Assembly (NCBI GenBank): GCA_002269645.1
Contig: NIVC01000037.1
Location: 992,001 to 1,056,000 of the forward strand
Length of the DNA stretch: 64,000 nucleotides
DNA from: Macrostomum lignano
Lineage: Eukaryota
Direction: 5' to 3'
The notes beneath the pieces were generated by a model, which saw only the letters and a list, made by a program, of their open reading frames with translations, searched no databases and was not told the origin of the DNA. Shown here in pieces: positions 50,195-63,381 of this stretch. The translations under genes and the position numbers were made by a program. How positions within the stretch are numbered: position 1 is the first letter of the stretch; every line of letters begins with the position of its first letter.

Positions 50195-53100
50195 CGCTCC
50201 TCTCCGCTCCTCTCCGCTCCTCTCCGCTCCTCTCCGCTCCTCTCCGCTCCTCTCCGCTCCTCTCCGCTCCTCTCCGCTCCTCTCCGCTCCTCTCCGCTCC
50301 TCTCCGCTCCTCTCCGCTCCTCTCCGCTCCTCTCCGCTCCTCTCCGCTCCTCTCCGCTCCTCTCCGCTCCTCTCCGCTCCTCTCCGCTCCTCTCCGCTCC
50401 TCTCCGCTCCTCTCCGCTCCTCTCCGCTCCTCTCCGCTCCTCTCCGCTCCTCTCCGCTCCTCTCCGCTCCTCTCCGCTCCTCTCCGCTCCTCTCCGCTCC
50501 TCTCCGCTCCTCTCCGCTCCTCTCCGCTCCTCTCCGCTCCTCTCCGCTCCTCTCCGCTCCTCTCCGCTCCTCTCCGCTCCTCTCCGCTCCTCTCCGCTCC
50601 TCTCCGCTCCTCTCCGCTCCTCTCCGCTCCTCTCCGCTCCTCTTCGCTCCTCTCCAGTCTCCGCTGCGTGAAAGCTACATGAAAGTCTTAGATGAATTGC
50701 TTAAAGATATTTTGGTAGTGTTTCAAGAACTTCCCTACCTTCCCCAAATGTTAGGGTTCACGACACCAAATTTCACATCGTCGAAAGCAGCGAGTTCAGC
50801 CAACAAGCCTCAACCCCTTAGGGCCCTAGCTTTACGCCTTCACATACCTTCTTGAGCTCAAATGTATTAATAGTAGAGCTACCAAGCGGGAGAATTCACA
50901 CCCCCGATGGGCAGTTCTTGGTGCTCATCTGTCAAATAAAAGCGTCAGTTTGATTGGCACAGGGTCAGTGAACTCATGGGGCACAGCAAGAGTCATTCGG
51001 GTCTGCATGGGGCTGACGGCGGCCTGCGCTGCCCAGCTGGTCGGCCGAAGTCTGTGCTATTTTTAGAATCAGTCCATCCAACAGTTCAAGATAATCTGGT
51101 GCGCCTGCGGCGGTTGCTAAGGCAGCTCTGGGATTTCCGAACCGATTCGAAAGCTCGACTTGCAGGCGGACTCAAAGGCTAAGAGCGGCGGGCTGGAGAG
51201 GCCGATTGCTGCAGCCGGAGACAGCTGTCCGTTGCCAAGCGGTTTCCGAGCGGTTTCCGAGCGGTTTCCGAGCGGGAATTCGCGGTCGCCTTTCGGCCAG
51301 CCCAGGTGGCTGCGGCTGCTGGAGCGACTCAAGCGATCCGGGTTGCCATGCCGGGCCCGAGGAGGTTTGGGATTCGAATTAGGTGAGGGGGCTGAGCTGA
51401 GACCGTGGGGGAGAGGAGGAATTCGACGGATTCGGCGGATGAGCGGATGGGCGGAGGGCGGATTTCGGAGGTGGAAGTAGTTGTGGAAGTAGAGGTTAGA
51501 AGGTAAAGTAGAGAGCGGAAATGCTAGAGGGTAGAGGGGAAGTGGAGAGAGGAGGGAACTCAGTGGAGAGTGTAGAGGGTCAGTCACTCACTCAGTCACT
51601 CACTCACTCACTCACTCACTCACTCACTCACTCACTCACTCACTCACTCACTCACTCACTCACTCACTCACTCACTCACTCACTCACTCACTCACTCACT
51701 CACTCACTCACTCACTCACTCACTCACTCACTCACTCACTCACTCACTCACTCACTCACTCACTCACTCACTCACTCACTCACTCACTCACTCACTCACT
51801 CACTCACTCACTCACTCACTCACTCACTCACTCACTCACTCACTCACTCACTCACTTACTGAGCTGAGAGCTTCACTGAGAGCTTCACTGAGAGCTTCAC
51901 TGAGAGCTTCGCTGAGAGCTTCGCTGAGAGCTTCGCTGAGAGCTTCGCTGAGAGCTTCACTGAGAGCTTCACTGAGAGCTTCACTGAGAGCTTCGCTGAG
52001 AGCTTCACTGAGAGCTTCACTGAGAGCTTCACTGAGAGCTGAGCTGAGAGCTGAGCTGAGAGCTGAGCTGAGAGCTGAGCTGAGAGCTGAGCTGAGAGCT
52101 GAGCTGAGAGCTGAGCTGAGAGCTGAGCTGAGAGCTTCACTGAGAGCTTCACTGAGAGCTTCACTGAGAGCTGAGCTGAGAGCTGAGCTGAGAGCTGAGC
52201 TGAGAGCTGAGCTGAGAGCTGAGCTGAGAGCTGAGCTGAGAGCTGAGCTGAGAGCTGAGCTGAGAGCTGAGCTGAGAGCTGAGCTGAGAGCTGAGCTGAG
52301 AGCTGAGCTGAGAGCTGAGCTGAGAGCTGAGCTGAGAGCTGAGCTGAGAGCTGAGCTGAGAGCTGAGCTGAGAGCTGAGCTGAGAGCTGAGCTGAGAGCT
52401 GAGCTGAGAGCTGAGCTGAGAGCTGAGCTGAGAGCTGAGCTGAGAGCTGAGCTGAGAGCTGAGCTGAGAGCTGAGCTGAGAGCTGAGCTGAGAGCTGAGC
52501 TGAGAGCTGAGCTGAGAGCTGAGCTGAGAGCTGAGCTGAGAGCTGAGCTGAGAGCTGAGCTGAGAGCTGAGCTGAGAGCTGAGCTGAGAGCTGAGCTGAG
52601 AGCTGAGCTGAGAGCTGAGCTGAGCTGAGAGCTGAGCTGAGAGCTGAGCTGAGAGCTGAGCTGAGAGCTGAGCTGAGAGCTGAGACCTGAGAGCTGAGCT
52701 GAGAGCTGAGCTGAGAGCTGAGAGCTGAGAGCTGAGCTGAGAAATCGGCCAGCAGCCGAGTTGGTCTCATACTCAATGAGTACCCGATGGGCCCCAGCTC
52801 ATAGCTCAGCTGAGCACAGACAGATCACTATCAAACCAACACCCTGCGCAACTTAAAGTCAGATTGGAAGCATAAAGAAGCTGTTAAACAAAACAAAACT
52901 CTCCTCTTCTCTCCTCTCCTCTCCTCTCCTCTCCTCTCCTCTTCTCTCCTCTCCTCTCCGCTCCTCTCCGCTCCTCTCCGCTCCTCTCCGCCCCTCTCCG
53001 CTCCTCTCCGCTCCTCTCCGCTCCTCTCCGCTCCTCTCCGCTCCTCTCCGCTCCTCTCCGCTCCTCTCCGCTCCTCTCCGCTCCTCTCCGCTCCTCTCCG

Positions 53101-54085
53101 CTCCTCTCCGCTCCTCTCCGCTCCTCTCCGCTCCTCTCCGCTCCTCTCCGCTCCTCTCCGCTCCTCTCCGCTCCTCTCCGCTCCTCTCCGCTCCTCTCCG
53201 CTCCTGTCCGCTCCTGTCCGCTCCTGTCCGCTCCTCTCCGCTCCTCACCGCTCCTCACCGCTCCTCTCCGCTCCTCTCCAGTCTCCGCTGCGTGAAAGCT
53301 GCATGAAAATCTTAGATGAATAGCTTAAAGAAATCGGCCAGCAGCCGAGTTGGTCTCATACTCAATGAGTACCCGATGGGCCCCAGCTCATAGCTCAGCT
53401 GAGCACAGACAGATCACTATCAAACCAACACCCTGCGCAACTTAAAGTCAGATTGGAAGCATAAAGAAGCTGTTAAACAAAACAAAACTCTCCTCTTCTC
53501 TCCTCTCCTCTCCTCTCCTCTCCTCTCCTCTCCTCTCTTCTCCTCTCCTCACCTCTCCTCTCCTCTCCTCTCCTCACCTCTCCTCTCCTCTCCTCTCCTC
53601 TCCTCACCTCTCCTCTCCTCTCCTCTCCTCTCCTCTCCTCTCCTCTCCTCTCCTCTCCTCTCCTCTCCTCTCCTCTCCTCTCCTCTCCTCTCCTCTCCTC
53701 TCCTCTCCTCTCCTCTCCTCTCCTCTCCTCTCCTCTCCTCTCCTCTCCTCTCCTCTCCTCTCCTCTCCTCTCCTCACCTCTCCTCTCCTCTCCTCTCCTC
53801 TCCTCTCCTCTCCTCTCCTCTCCTCTCCTCTCCTCTCCTCTCCTCTCCTCTCCTCTCCTCTCCTCTCCTCTCCTCTCCTCTCCTCACCTCTCCTCTCCTC
53901 TCCTCTCCTCTCCTCTCCTCTCCTCTCCTCACCTCTCCTCTCCTCTCCTCACCTCTCCTCTCCTCACCTCTTCTCTCCTCTCCTCTCCTCTCCTCTCCTC
54001 TCCTCTCCTCTCCTCACCTCTCCTCTCCTCTCCTCTCCTCTCCTCTCCTCTCCTCTCCTCACCTCTCCTCTCCTCTCCTCTCTTT
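50195..54085. repeat. Simple-repeat cluster: (CTCCTCTCCG)n 50195-50650 and 52950-53280; (ACTC)n 51580-51858; 12-mers (GAGCTGAGCTGA/GAGCTTCACTGA) 51860-52740; (CTCCT)n 53490-54085
   Basis: Directly visible. Confidence 0.95.
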
Positions 54086-54743
54086 CAATCTCCCTTCCGG
54101 TCCTCAGGCCCGGCATGGCAACCCGCATCTCGGATCATGGCTCCTGCACCCGCAGCCACCTGGGCTGGCTGGAGGCGACCGTGAACTCCCGCTTGGAAAC
54201 CGCCTGGCAACGGAGAGCTGGCTCCAGCTGCAGCTATCGGCCTCTCAAAACCGAGTCTTATTTGGTTGCTGGGCCACGGGACTTGGACAGCCGCCAGAAG
54301 ACGCCTTGGTTTGAGCTGCCCAGTCGAGTCCGCCAGTAAATTTAAGTTTTGAATTCGAAGGGCATTTTATTCCCGACTGGATTTCATTGATGAGCCACTC
54401 ACTGCTCAATAGGTCAGCTGTTTAAAACGGCACCACTTTCATTCTAAATTTGTTGGAACAAACAAAATTATCATCAAATATTATAAAAAATGCGCTCAAT
54501 CAGCTACTCATAGCAGCCCTAACAGAACCATATTGAAGTGAAAGTAGAATTGAATTTACTGGGAATTTAACAGATGAAAATCTCTCATGTTTGATAAAAT
54601 GCGCTCCTTAATTTCTCGATGATTTTTGTGTCAGATGCAAGCTGTGAGACACGGCTGTGGGATGGCGATGCCATACCAATCTACGGTGCAAAAAAAAACA
54701 AATAATTACGGCTTAATTCACAAGTAAAAAAGTAGCACTCAAT

Positions 54744-54815
54744 ACCCCAGGAGGGACTCGAACCCTCAACCTCCGGATTAGAAGTCCGACGCGCTATCCA
54801 TTGCGCCACTGGGGC
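54744..54815 (-). tRNA. tRNA-Arg(UCU) with chimeric flanks (class A 5', class B 3')
   Basis: Perfect body. The 5' flank matches the class A copies, while the 3' flank ATTGAGTGCTACTTTTTT matches class B. Confidence 0.92.
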
Positions 54816-56676
54816 TGCTGTTAATCCGTTCCTATTGCAGTATTTGAGATTCAACGGTGAATTTCAGTGAGCTCACACAGCAGGTGTTTAAAGTGGAATG
54901 AAGTTTTCATGGCAGATTGAGAGCCTTGGGATTGGAGGGAGGGAGAGGGTCACAGATCTGCACTGAGAGATGACTGCCAAAATGAAGTTGAAGTTGGAGA
55001 GTTATAAATAATAATAGATAAAACCGTTTTATCTCATTTATTCTCTCTCCCTCCCCTCTTTTTCCCCTTTGCTTTTTCTTCCTTTCTGTGTCTCATGTCT
55101 ACCCTCTCCTCTCTGCCCTGTGCTGTCTCATGTCTATCCTCTCCTCTCTGCCCTGTGCTGTCTCATGTCTATCCTCTCCTCTCTGCCCTGTGCTGTCTCA
55201 TGTCTATCCTCTCCTCTCTGCCCTGTGCTGTCTCATGTCTACCCTCTCGTCTCTGCTCTGTGCTGTCTCATGTCTACCCTCTCCTCTCTGCTCTGTGCTG
55301 TCTCATGTCTACCCTCTCCTCTCTGCTCTGTGCTGTCTCATGTCTACCCTCTCCTCTCTGCTCTGTGCTGTCTCATGTCTACCCTCTCCTCTCTGCCCTG
55401 TGCTGTCTCATGTCTACCCTCTCGTCTCTGCTCTGTGCTGTCTCATGTCTACCCTCTCCTCTCTGCTCTGTGCTGTCTCATGTCTACCCTCTCCTCTCTG
55501 CCCTGTGCTGTCTCATGTCTACCCCTCCTCTCTGCCCTGTGCTGTCTCATGTCTACCCTCCTCTCTGCTCTGTGCTGTCTCATGTCTACCCTCTACTCTC
55601 CCTCTGTTTGCAACACAAAACCCGAAGATCTTTTACTTATCTTCTCAGCCCCCTCACCCAACTCGAATCCCAAAGCTCCTCGGGCCCGGCATGGCAACCC
55701 GGATCGCTTGAGTCGCTCCAGCAGCCGCAGCCACCTGGGCTGGCCGAGAGGCGACCGCGAATTCCCGCTCGGAAACCGCTCGGAAACCGCTTGGCAACGG
55801 ACAGCTGTCTCTCCGGCTGCAGCCATCGGCCTTTCCAGCTCACCGAGATTTTGAGCTTTCGAGCTTTCAAATCGGTTTGAAAATCCCAGAGCTGCCTTAG
55901 CAACCGCCGCAGGCGCACCAGATTATATTGAACTGATGGACGGACTGGTTCTAAAAATAGCACAGACTTCGGCCGACCAACTGGGCAGCGCAGGCCGCCC
56001 TCAGCCCCATGCAGACCCGAATGACTCTTGCTGTGCCCCATGAGTTCACTGACCCTGTGCCAATCAAACTGACGCTTTGGTTAATACATTTGAGCTGCAT
56101 AAAGGTGTGAAGGCAATGGGCATAAAGCAAGGCATAACAATGGGTGAGATCGGTAGGGTGTGTTGGCGCACTGATGAGTACACTGAGCCCCGAGCTTAAG
56201 CCAGAACCCGCCCAGTCACACACATCCGTGACTAAACTGATGCATCCCGGATCCCCATAAATTGTCAGGCGTTTCTGCTGAATTTCTTTCAATTCAACTG
56301 AAACAATATTGAAAATGATTATTGATAAGAGTTTCTGCTTTCACAAGCGCCTATGCTCATAAAATTTCCGAATATCTCAGTGCATGCAATCAGTGCCAAA
56401 GTAGCGGTACTTCCGTGTTTAACGAATGAGTCTGTCATCAATAAATCGAACGGATTCGAACTCAGGACGATGAACATATACACCAAAGCCATTAGACTAC
56501 TTTTTAACAGGTTCAGGCCAAATTAAAAGCGAAATACCAGCGTCTCTGATTAAGTGATGGATTGCAGATAATTGCAAAAGAAATATTTATTTATCGAATT
56601 TTAAAGCAAAGATTAATTTGTTATTTACATTGTCTGGTGTAGATTTAGGCGTTCATTATTTGTAAATGCATTACAA

Positions 56677-57233
56677 TTGAGAGTGCACAGCTGAGGTATT
56701 GAGAGAGCACAGCTGAGGGGGTATTGAGAGAGCACAGCTGAGGTATTGAGAGTGCACAGCTGAGGTATTGAGAGAGCACAGCTGAGGGGGTATTGAGAGA
56801 GCACAGCTGAGGTATTGAGAGTGCACAGCTGAGGGGGTATTGAGAGTGCACAGCAGGGGTATTGAGAGTGCACAGCAGGGGTGTTGAGAGTGCACAGCTG
56901 AGGGGGTATTGAGAGTGCACAGCAGGGGTATTGAGAGTGCACAGCAGGGGTATTGAGAGTGCACAGCTGAGGGGGTATTGAGAATGCACAGCTGATGGGG
57001 TATTGAGAGTGCACAGCTGAGGGGGTATTGAGAGTGCACAGCTGAGGGGGTATTGAGAGTGCACAGCTGAGGGGGTATTGAGAGTGCACAGCTGAGGGGG
57101 TATTGAGAGTGCACAGCTGAGGGGGTATTGAGAGTGCACAGCAGGGGTATTGAGAGTGCACAGCTGAGGTATTGAGAGTGCACAGCTGAGGGGTATTGAG
57201 AGTGCACAGCAGGGGTATTGAGAGTGCACAGCT
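56677..57233. repeat. 25/22-bp minisatellite in the nanos 3' UTR (also at 23778-23935 and 36482-36833)
   Basis: Unit GAGGGGGTATTGAGAGTGCACAGCT. Confidence 0.92.
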
Positions 57234-57234
57234 C

Positions 57235-57884
57235 TCACTGTCCCGTCTTCAGTCGGTGGCCGCAGCCGTGGCCGGTGCCCAGCGGGCAGTATTTCACGGT
57301 GTGGGCGCTGCCGCCAGTGGCGCCGCACAACGGGCAGGTGAAGCGGCTGAGCACCGGGCAGACGACGCTGCCGTTGCCGTCCTTCAGGGTGTGGCCGCTG
57401 CTGAAGGCCTCCGGCTCGCCGTTCTTGCGGCAGAAGACGCAGAAGACGGGGCGCCGCGGCCGGCTGGCGTTCTTGGCGAGCACCGCGCGCTGCAGGGCGG
57501 CGTTGGGCAGCGGGGCGGCAGCGGGCAGCGGGGCGGCAGCGGGCAGCGGGGCGACAGCGGGCAGCGGGGCGGCAGCGGGCAGCGGGGCGCCAGCGGTCAG
57601 CGAGATGGCGGCGGGCTGGTGCTGCTGCTGGGTGTCAGCCTGCTGCCGCAGGTACTGCATGTAGCGATTCTGCAGCTGCAGGATGTGCTTCACAATGGGG
57701 AGCGGTTCCTCGCCAGCTTCCTGCGGGCTGGGGAGAGCGGGGAAGTTTAGGATTTGGGATCCGTCACGGCGGCAGTGGGTTCATACTGCTGAGCTAAGTG
57801 GGTCTCAAAAATATGTCCTGTGCTCAAAGCTGTTCTCAAAACTCACCTCATGCCGATGAAGCTGCGATTCCCTGACGGTTGCAT
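57235..57884 (-). CDS. nanos: nanos copy 3 (predicted exons 57884-57847 and 57727-57235; 176 aa)
   Basis: Same structure as copy 2, with five AAAPLP units and no frameshift. Confidence 0.9.
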
Positions 57885-59461
57885 TGATGAGGCAGAGAAG
57901 CTGGATGAAGCTGTAGACAGCCTGAGATCTGAGAAATTATTCCCTCTAATATCCTGTGCAGCTCGCTGCAGTCCTCACGGCTGACCAATGGGGGCAGTTA
58001 CTTCACCTGTGGCTGTGGGGCCGCCTGCCATTGGCTGACGAGCTTTCACTTTCGGTGGGTTGAGGGGGAGGCCCCACAGCCAGCACTGGAATGGAGCGAG
58101 CACTGGAGACATGGGAAGTGACGGACCAGCCCAGGCCAGCTTGTTTCCAAGAAACAGCTTGGAGAGATTAGCGGAGAAAACCGCACTGTCTGCACGACAT
58201 TGTCATTCATTTTCCTCATTAGCAGGACCAATTTTCCCAATCTTGGTCTCGTTTCGACCGATCCGGATTTCCATGCGGGGCTCGAGCAGCGTCAAGGGAG
58301 ATTGAGAGAGAAGTGTCAGAGGAGCGGATTGAGGAGTGTCAGAGGGGGGCGGATTGAGGAGTGTCAGAGGAGCGGATTGAGGAGTGTCAGAGGAGCGGAT
58401 TGAGGAGTGTCAGAGGAGCGGATTGAGGAGTGTCAGAGGGGGGCGGATTGTATATTTTACGATTGCATAAATAAAGTACTGATACAATGCAAGGTATATA
58501 TTGCAATAATAAAAAGCATTAGTACGAGCGTAGTATCAATGTTAATTGTATGGTAAACTTGCGAATCGAAATCATGACGTTGGATGAGCTCACTTAGGGT
58601 ACAAATCATAAACAACCAGATCCTGCGCTGCATCGCCCAGACTCAAGTTGCGTTAAAAATTTTATTCAAGTCAAACAACCCGATGACGTCACGGAGCTGA
58701 ACTCAAAGGGTGCAACATGAATCCCCTTGATCACACTGACTCCCCTTGACCCCACTGACTCCCATTGACCCCACTGAGTCCCCTTGACCCCACAGACTCC
58801 GCTTGACCCCACTGACTCACCTTGACCCCACTGACTCCCTCTGACCCCAGTGACTCCCCTTGATCACACTGAGTCGCCTTGATCACACCGATTCCTATTG
58901 ACCCCACTGATTCCCCTCGACCCCACTGAGTCCCCTTGATCACAATGACTCACCTTGACACCACTGACTCCCTTTGACTCCACTGAGTACCCTTGACCCA
59001 CTGACTCAACTTGATCCCACTGACTCCTATTGACCCCACTGACTCCAACTGACCCCACTGACTCCACCTGACCCAACTGACTCCCCTTGATCCAGTGACT
59101 CCCCTTGACCCCACTTACTCCCCTTGATCACAATGACTCACCTTGACACCACTGACTCCCCTTGACCCCACAGACTCCCCTTGATCAATCTGACTCCCCC
59201 TGACCCTGTGACTCCCATTGACCCCACTGACTCAACTTGACACCACTGACTCCCCTTGACCCCACTGACTCCCCTTGACCCCACAGACTCCCCTTGACCC
59301 CACTGACTCCACTCATGAACCCACACGTGAACCCATGAACTTCTTACATATCTAGTAATATTTCAGGAATTCAAAAGCTGAAGTCCGTTTCCTACCACTA
59401 TGAAAACAAAACTCATAGCTAAAATCATATTTATTTCTCCGTTGCAAAAATTACATATCAC

Positions 59462-59533
59462 ACCCCAGGAGGGACTCGAACCCTCAACCTCCGGATTAGA
59501 AGTCCGACGCGCTATCCATTGCGCCACTGGGGC
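59462..59533 (-). tRNA. tRNA-Arg(UCU), class A flank
   Basis: Perfect consensus cloverleaf. Confidence 0.92.
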
Positions 59534-61815
59534 TGGTGTTAATCCGTTCCCATTGCAGTATTTGAGATTTAACTGTGAATTTCAGTGAGCTCACACAGCA
59601 GGTGTTTAAAGTGAAATGAAGTTGTGCAAGCCAGTTTGAGAGCCTTGGGATTGGAGGAGGGAGAGGGTCACAGATCTGTGCTTACAAGTGATTGCCAAAT
59701 GAACTGTGAATGAAAAATATCAATAAAAAATATATTCATCCCCTCTTTTATCTCCCTTTATTCTCTTTCCCCCTCTCTCTTTTCAGTTCCCCTTTGCCTT
59801 TTCTCCCCTTCCTGGGTCTCATGTCTACCCCCTAATCTCTGTCCTGTACTGTCTCATGTCTACCCTCTCCTCTCTGCCCTGTGCTGTCTCATGTCTACCC
59901 TCTCCTCTCTGCTCTGTGCTGTCTCATGTCTACCCCTCCTCTCTGCCCTGTGCTGTCTCATGTCTACCGTCTCCTCTCTGCTCTGTGCTGTCTCATGTCT
60001 ATCCTCTCCTCTCTGCCCTGTGCTGTCTCATGTCTACCCTCTCCTCTCTGCCCTGTGCTGTCTCATGTCTACCCCCTCCTCTCTGCTCTGGGCTGTCTCA
60101 TGTCTACCCTCTTCTCTCTGCCCTGTGCTGTCTCATGTCTACCCCCTCCTCTCTGCTCTGGGCTGTCTCATGTCTACCCTCTCCTCTCTGCCCGGTGCTG
60201 TCTCATGTCTACCCTCTCCTCTCTGCCCGGTGCTGTCTCATGTCTACCCTCTCCTCTCTCTGCCTGCATCACAAAACCCAAAGATCCTTCACTCACCTCC
60301 CTCAGCCCCCTCACCCAATTCGAATCCCAAAGCTCCTCGGTCCCGGCAAGGCTGCCCGAATCGCTCCGGTAGCTCCAGCCCCACCGGACCCACCCGCCTC
60401 TCGCCCTCGAGTTTCGCACCTCTGTGGGGCCGCCGCCCGGCAACCGACAGCCAAAGCGGTGCGGTCCGCTGTGCAGCAGCTGGAGACACCTGGGAGCAGC
60501 CCATGATGCAGCGAGATGCTCAGGCCGGCTCAGCTCTCCAGGTGTTCGCACAGCCCAGTTCGACTTGTGCAGATTCGCCTGGCAACCAGCGGAGATGCCG
60601 AGCCGAACTGGGTGCGCCGGTTGCTGGGATGGGGCAGGGAGGCCTGCAGCCAGAGCCTGGGGTGCCAGCCCTTCTCCAAAGCCGCAATTCAGACACCAGC
60701 ATGGACTGACTGCAGATTTAAGATGCGCGAGTTTGCAGTTGTTGCGACTTCGATTTTAGGGAATCTGCATTGGTTTTATAGCTGAATAAATTCTCGCATC
60801 TGGGTACGGCATTTTGTTATCGGAATCTTGAATCCATTAGAGCCCTTAATCTACTGTCTATCCTCTACCTCTCCCACTCTCCACTCTACCCTCTCCGCTC
60901 TACCCTCTCCGCTCTACCCTCTTCGCTCTCTCTACTCTTTCCACTCTCCACTCTACCCTCTCCGCTCTACAGTCTCCGCTCTACCCTCTACCCACATCTA
61001 CCAGCAACTGTCTACTCTGCTCACATTTTCCGTCCCTTTTAATTTCCCGCGGCAGTCCGCGGGGAAGCGAGGCAGTGAGCGGCACAGCCTCAGTTGAAAT
61101 GCGTGAATAAAGAGGGACAGGCATTTGCAGAATCGCTGCAGCTCAGTCAGTATACCGAATTTGGGGCGGAACTCCGGAGCCCCCACCACTCCAGCTGCTG
61201 TTGTTTTTGTAGTAATTCTGTTGGTCTTTCATCACCCAATTGTGATCAGCCTCCTTGGAATTTCGCACCTTGAAATGACTCGATGATGCATAACCAGCTT
61301 CCCACTCGCATTTAAGCTGAATTCGGCCTCACAGCAGGGGATTCTGCGCTGATCCCCATTTCAAGTTTTGGTTCAAGTCGGTCCGAAAGTGTGTGAAAAT
61401 GTGTGATGTTTGATGCAGTGTAGTCTATAGCTGCTGAGATGCCCATGGCTTGAGGAGTCTACGCCACCTTCAGAGTCCAACAATAGTGCCTAAGCGTACA
61501 AGGGGATTAAGATCGCCCGAAATGCTGCTCACACCTCTGCAGTGCAGCGGAGCACATTAACCGGCTGTGTTGGTCCTTAAAACTGCTGCCAATCTCGTGC
61601 CTACAGTTGCTCAGAGTCAGAGGTGTTACCGATTTCACACTTTCGACTCGTGACCAAATTATTGAGCATGTTTGAGTTGACTCCAGCTTAATTTCTTGAG
61701 TCTAATAGTGAAACAGCTGCTCAAGACTTTCTGCTACTCACCATTGAAGTCTCCGCTTTCAGCAGGCAAAGCAATTCAGAATTAAAGTTCAAAACTCGCT
61801 TGTTCGACTACCGAA

Positions 61816-61887
61816 GCCCCAGTGGCGCAATGGATAGCGCGTCGGACTTCTAATCCGGAGGTTGAGGGTTAGAGTCCCTCCTGGGGT
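61816..61887 (+). tRNA. tRNA-Arg(UCU), class B flank, with C56A (probably impaired)
   Basis: Carries the same GGTTAGAGTCC variant as the 41807 copy. Confidence 0.8.
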
Positions 61888-62640
61888 ACTGAGTGCTACT
61901 TTTTTGCTTGTGAATTAAAGCATAACTCTGTTTTGTGAATAGTAGATTGTCGCGCCATCGCCATCCCACAGCCGAGTCTCACAGCTTGCAAACTCCCTGA
62001 GAAATCAACAGGTAGGTATTAGCATGAGTTGCTGGGGCAATTATCAATAAATTTCCATAAATTCAATTCTAATTTCATTTCAATATGATTTCTGTAGTGC
62101 TGCTATAAGTAGCTCATTGCGCACATCTTCAACCACTATGAATGCAAAGTAAAGAAAATGTGGAACTCTGATTTACAAATAGTTGATCAGTCTGTACAAT
62201 GGCAGAAAATATTTCTGGCAGTTTTGTGTTTTGTACATTGAAAGCGGGCTTTGACACGGAAGCGCCAGCAAAAGCAACAGTTGCAGAAGAAACAAGCAAA
62301 AGACAAAAACAAGCAAAATACAAAAACAAGCAAAAGACAAAAACAAGCAAAAGACAAAAACAAGCAAAAGACAAAAACAAGCAAAAGGCAAAAACAGGCA
62401 GAAGACAAAAACAAGCAAAAGACAAAAACAAGCAAAAGGCAAAAACAGGCAGAAGACAAAAACAAGCAAAAGACAAAAACAAGCAAAAGGCAAAAACAGG
62501 CAAAAGGCAAAAACAGGCAGAAGACAAAAACAAGCAAAAGACAAAAACAAGCAAAAGACAAAAACAAGCAAAAGACAAAAACAATCAAAAGACAAAAACA
62601 GGCAGAAGACAAAAACAAGCAAAAGACAAAAACAAGCAAC

Positions 62641-63381
62641 TCATGCTCGAGCTCGCCTGCACACCAGGTTGTGCTTCCTGGCGCTGCCGGCCCGAATGAA
62701 GACCCTGCCACAGCTGCCGCAGCCGAAGGAGCGCCTGACACCGGCTAAGAGCAGCTGCTGGTTCACGTGACTGATCACGTGACGCTGCCGTTCTGACAGC
62801 TTCGGCGTCGGCCGAATCGGCCGCAGCGGCGGCAGCAGCACGGAGCAGTCGGCGCAGAGCTCGCAGTTCCCGTCGACGTCAACGTGGCGAGCGATGTGGC
62901 GCTGCAGCCGCGCCACGCTGGCCGCCACCGTCCCGGAGCAGCGAGGTAGGCAGCAGGTCAGGGAGCCGCGCTTTGAACCGCAGCTTCGCGGCGTCGGCGA
63001 TGGCACCGGGAACGGCATCGGCGTTGACGCTGGCGGAGGCAGCTGGGATGTCGGAGGCATCGGCATTGTCGGAGGCATCGGCATTGTCGGAGACATCGGC
63101 ATTGTCGGAGACATCGGCATTGTCGGAGGCATCGGCATTTTCGGAGGCATCGGCATTGTCGGAGGCATCAGCATTGTCGGAGGCATTGACATTGTCGGAG
63201 ACATCGGCGTGGGGAAGAATCCGGACATCAACGAGGCCATCAGTGGTGATGAGCTCGATGGCTTCAAGAGGCATCGTGACGTCAGCGAGCAGTTCATTGA
63301 GCGCGTCGGCGAGGACGACAGCGAGGACATCTGCGGGGACCTCAGCGAGGCCAGCAGCGGTGATGAGCTTGGCGGCTGCAT
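62641..63381 (-). CDS. Three-zinc-finger protein, copy 4 (246 aa)
   Basis: Near-identical to copy 3 with fewer 18-bp repeats; frame intact. Confidence 0.7.
   Translation of the reverse strand: MQPPSSSPLLASLRSPQMSSLSSSPTRSMNCSLTSRCLLKPSSSSPLMASLMSGFFPTPMSPTMSMPPTMLMPPTMPMPPKMPMPPTMPMSPTMPMSPTMPMPPTMPMPPTSQLPPPASTPMPFPVPSPTPRSCGSKRGSLTCCLPRCSGTVAASVARLQRHIARHVDVDGNCELCADCSVLLPPLRPIRPTPKLSERQRHVISHVNQQLLLAGVRRSFGCGSCGRVFIRAGSARKHNLVCRRARA

Noticed and set aside
44822-52776. Long ORFs in satellites (SEFM/NSLM, NLNLND/RFRSF, SAQL, PLRSS, also CCLMST and CQCALV elsewhere)
   Set aside because: All are translations of tandem repeats.
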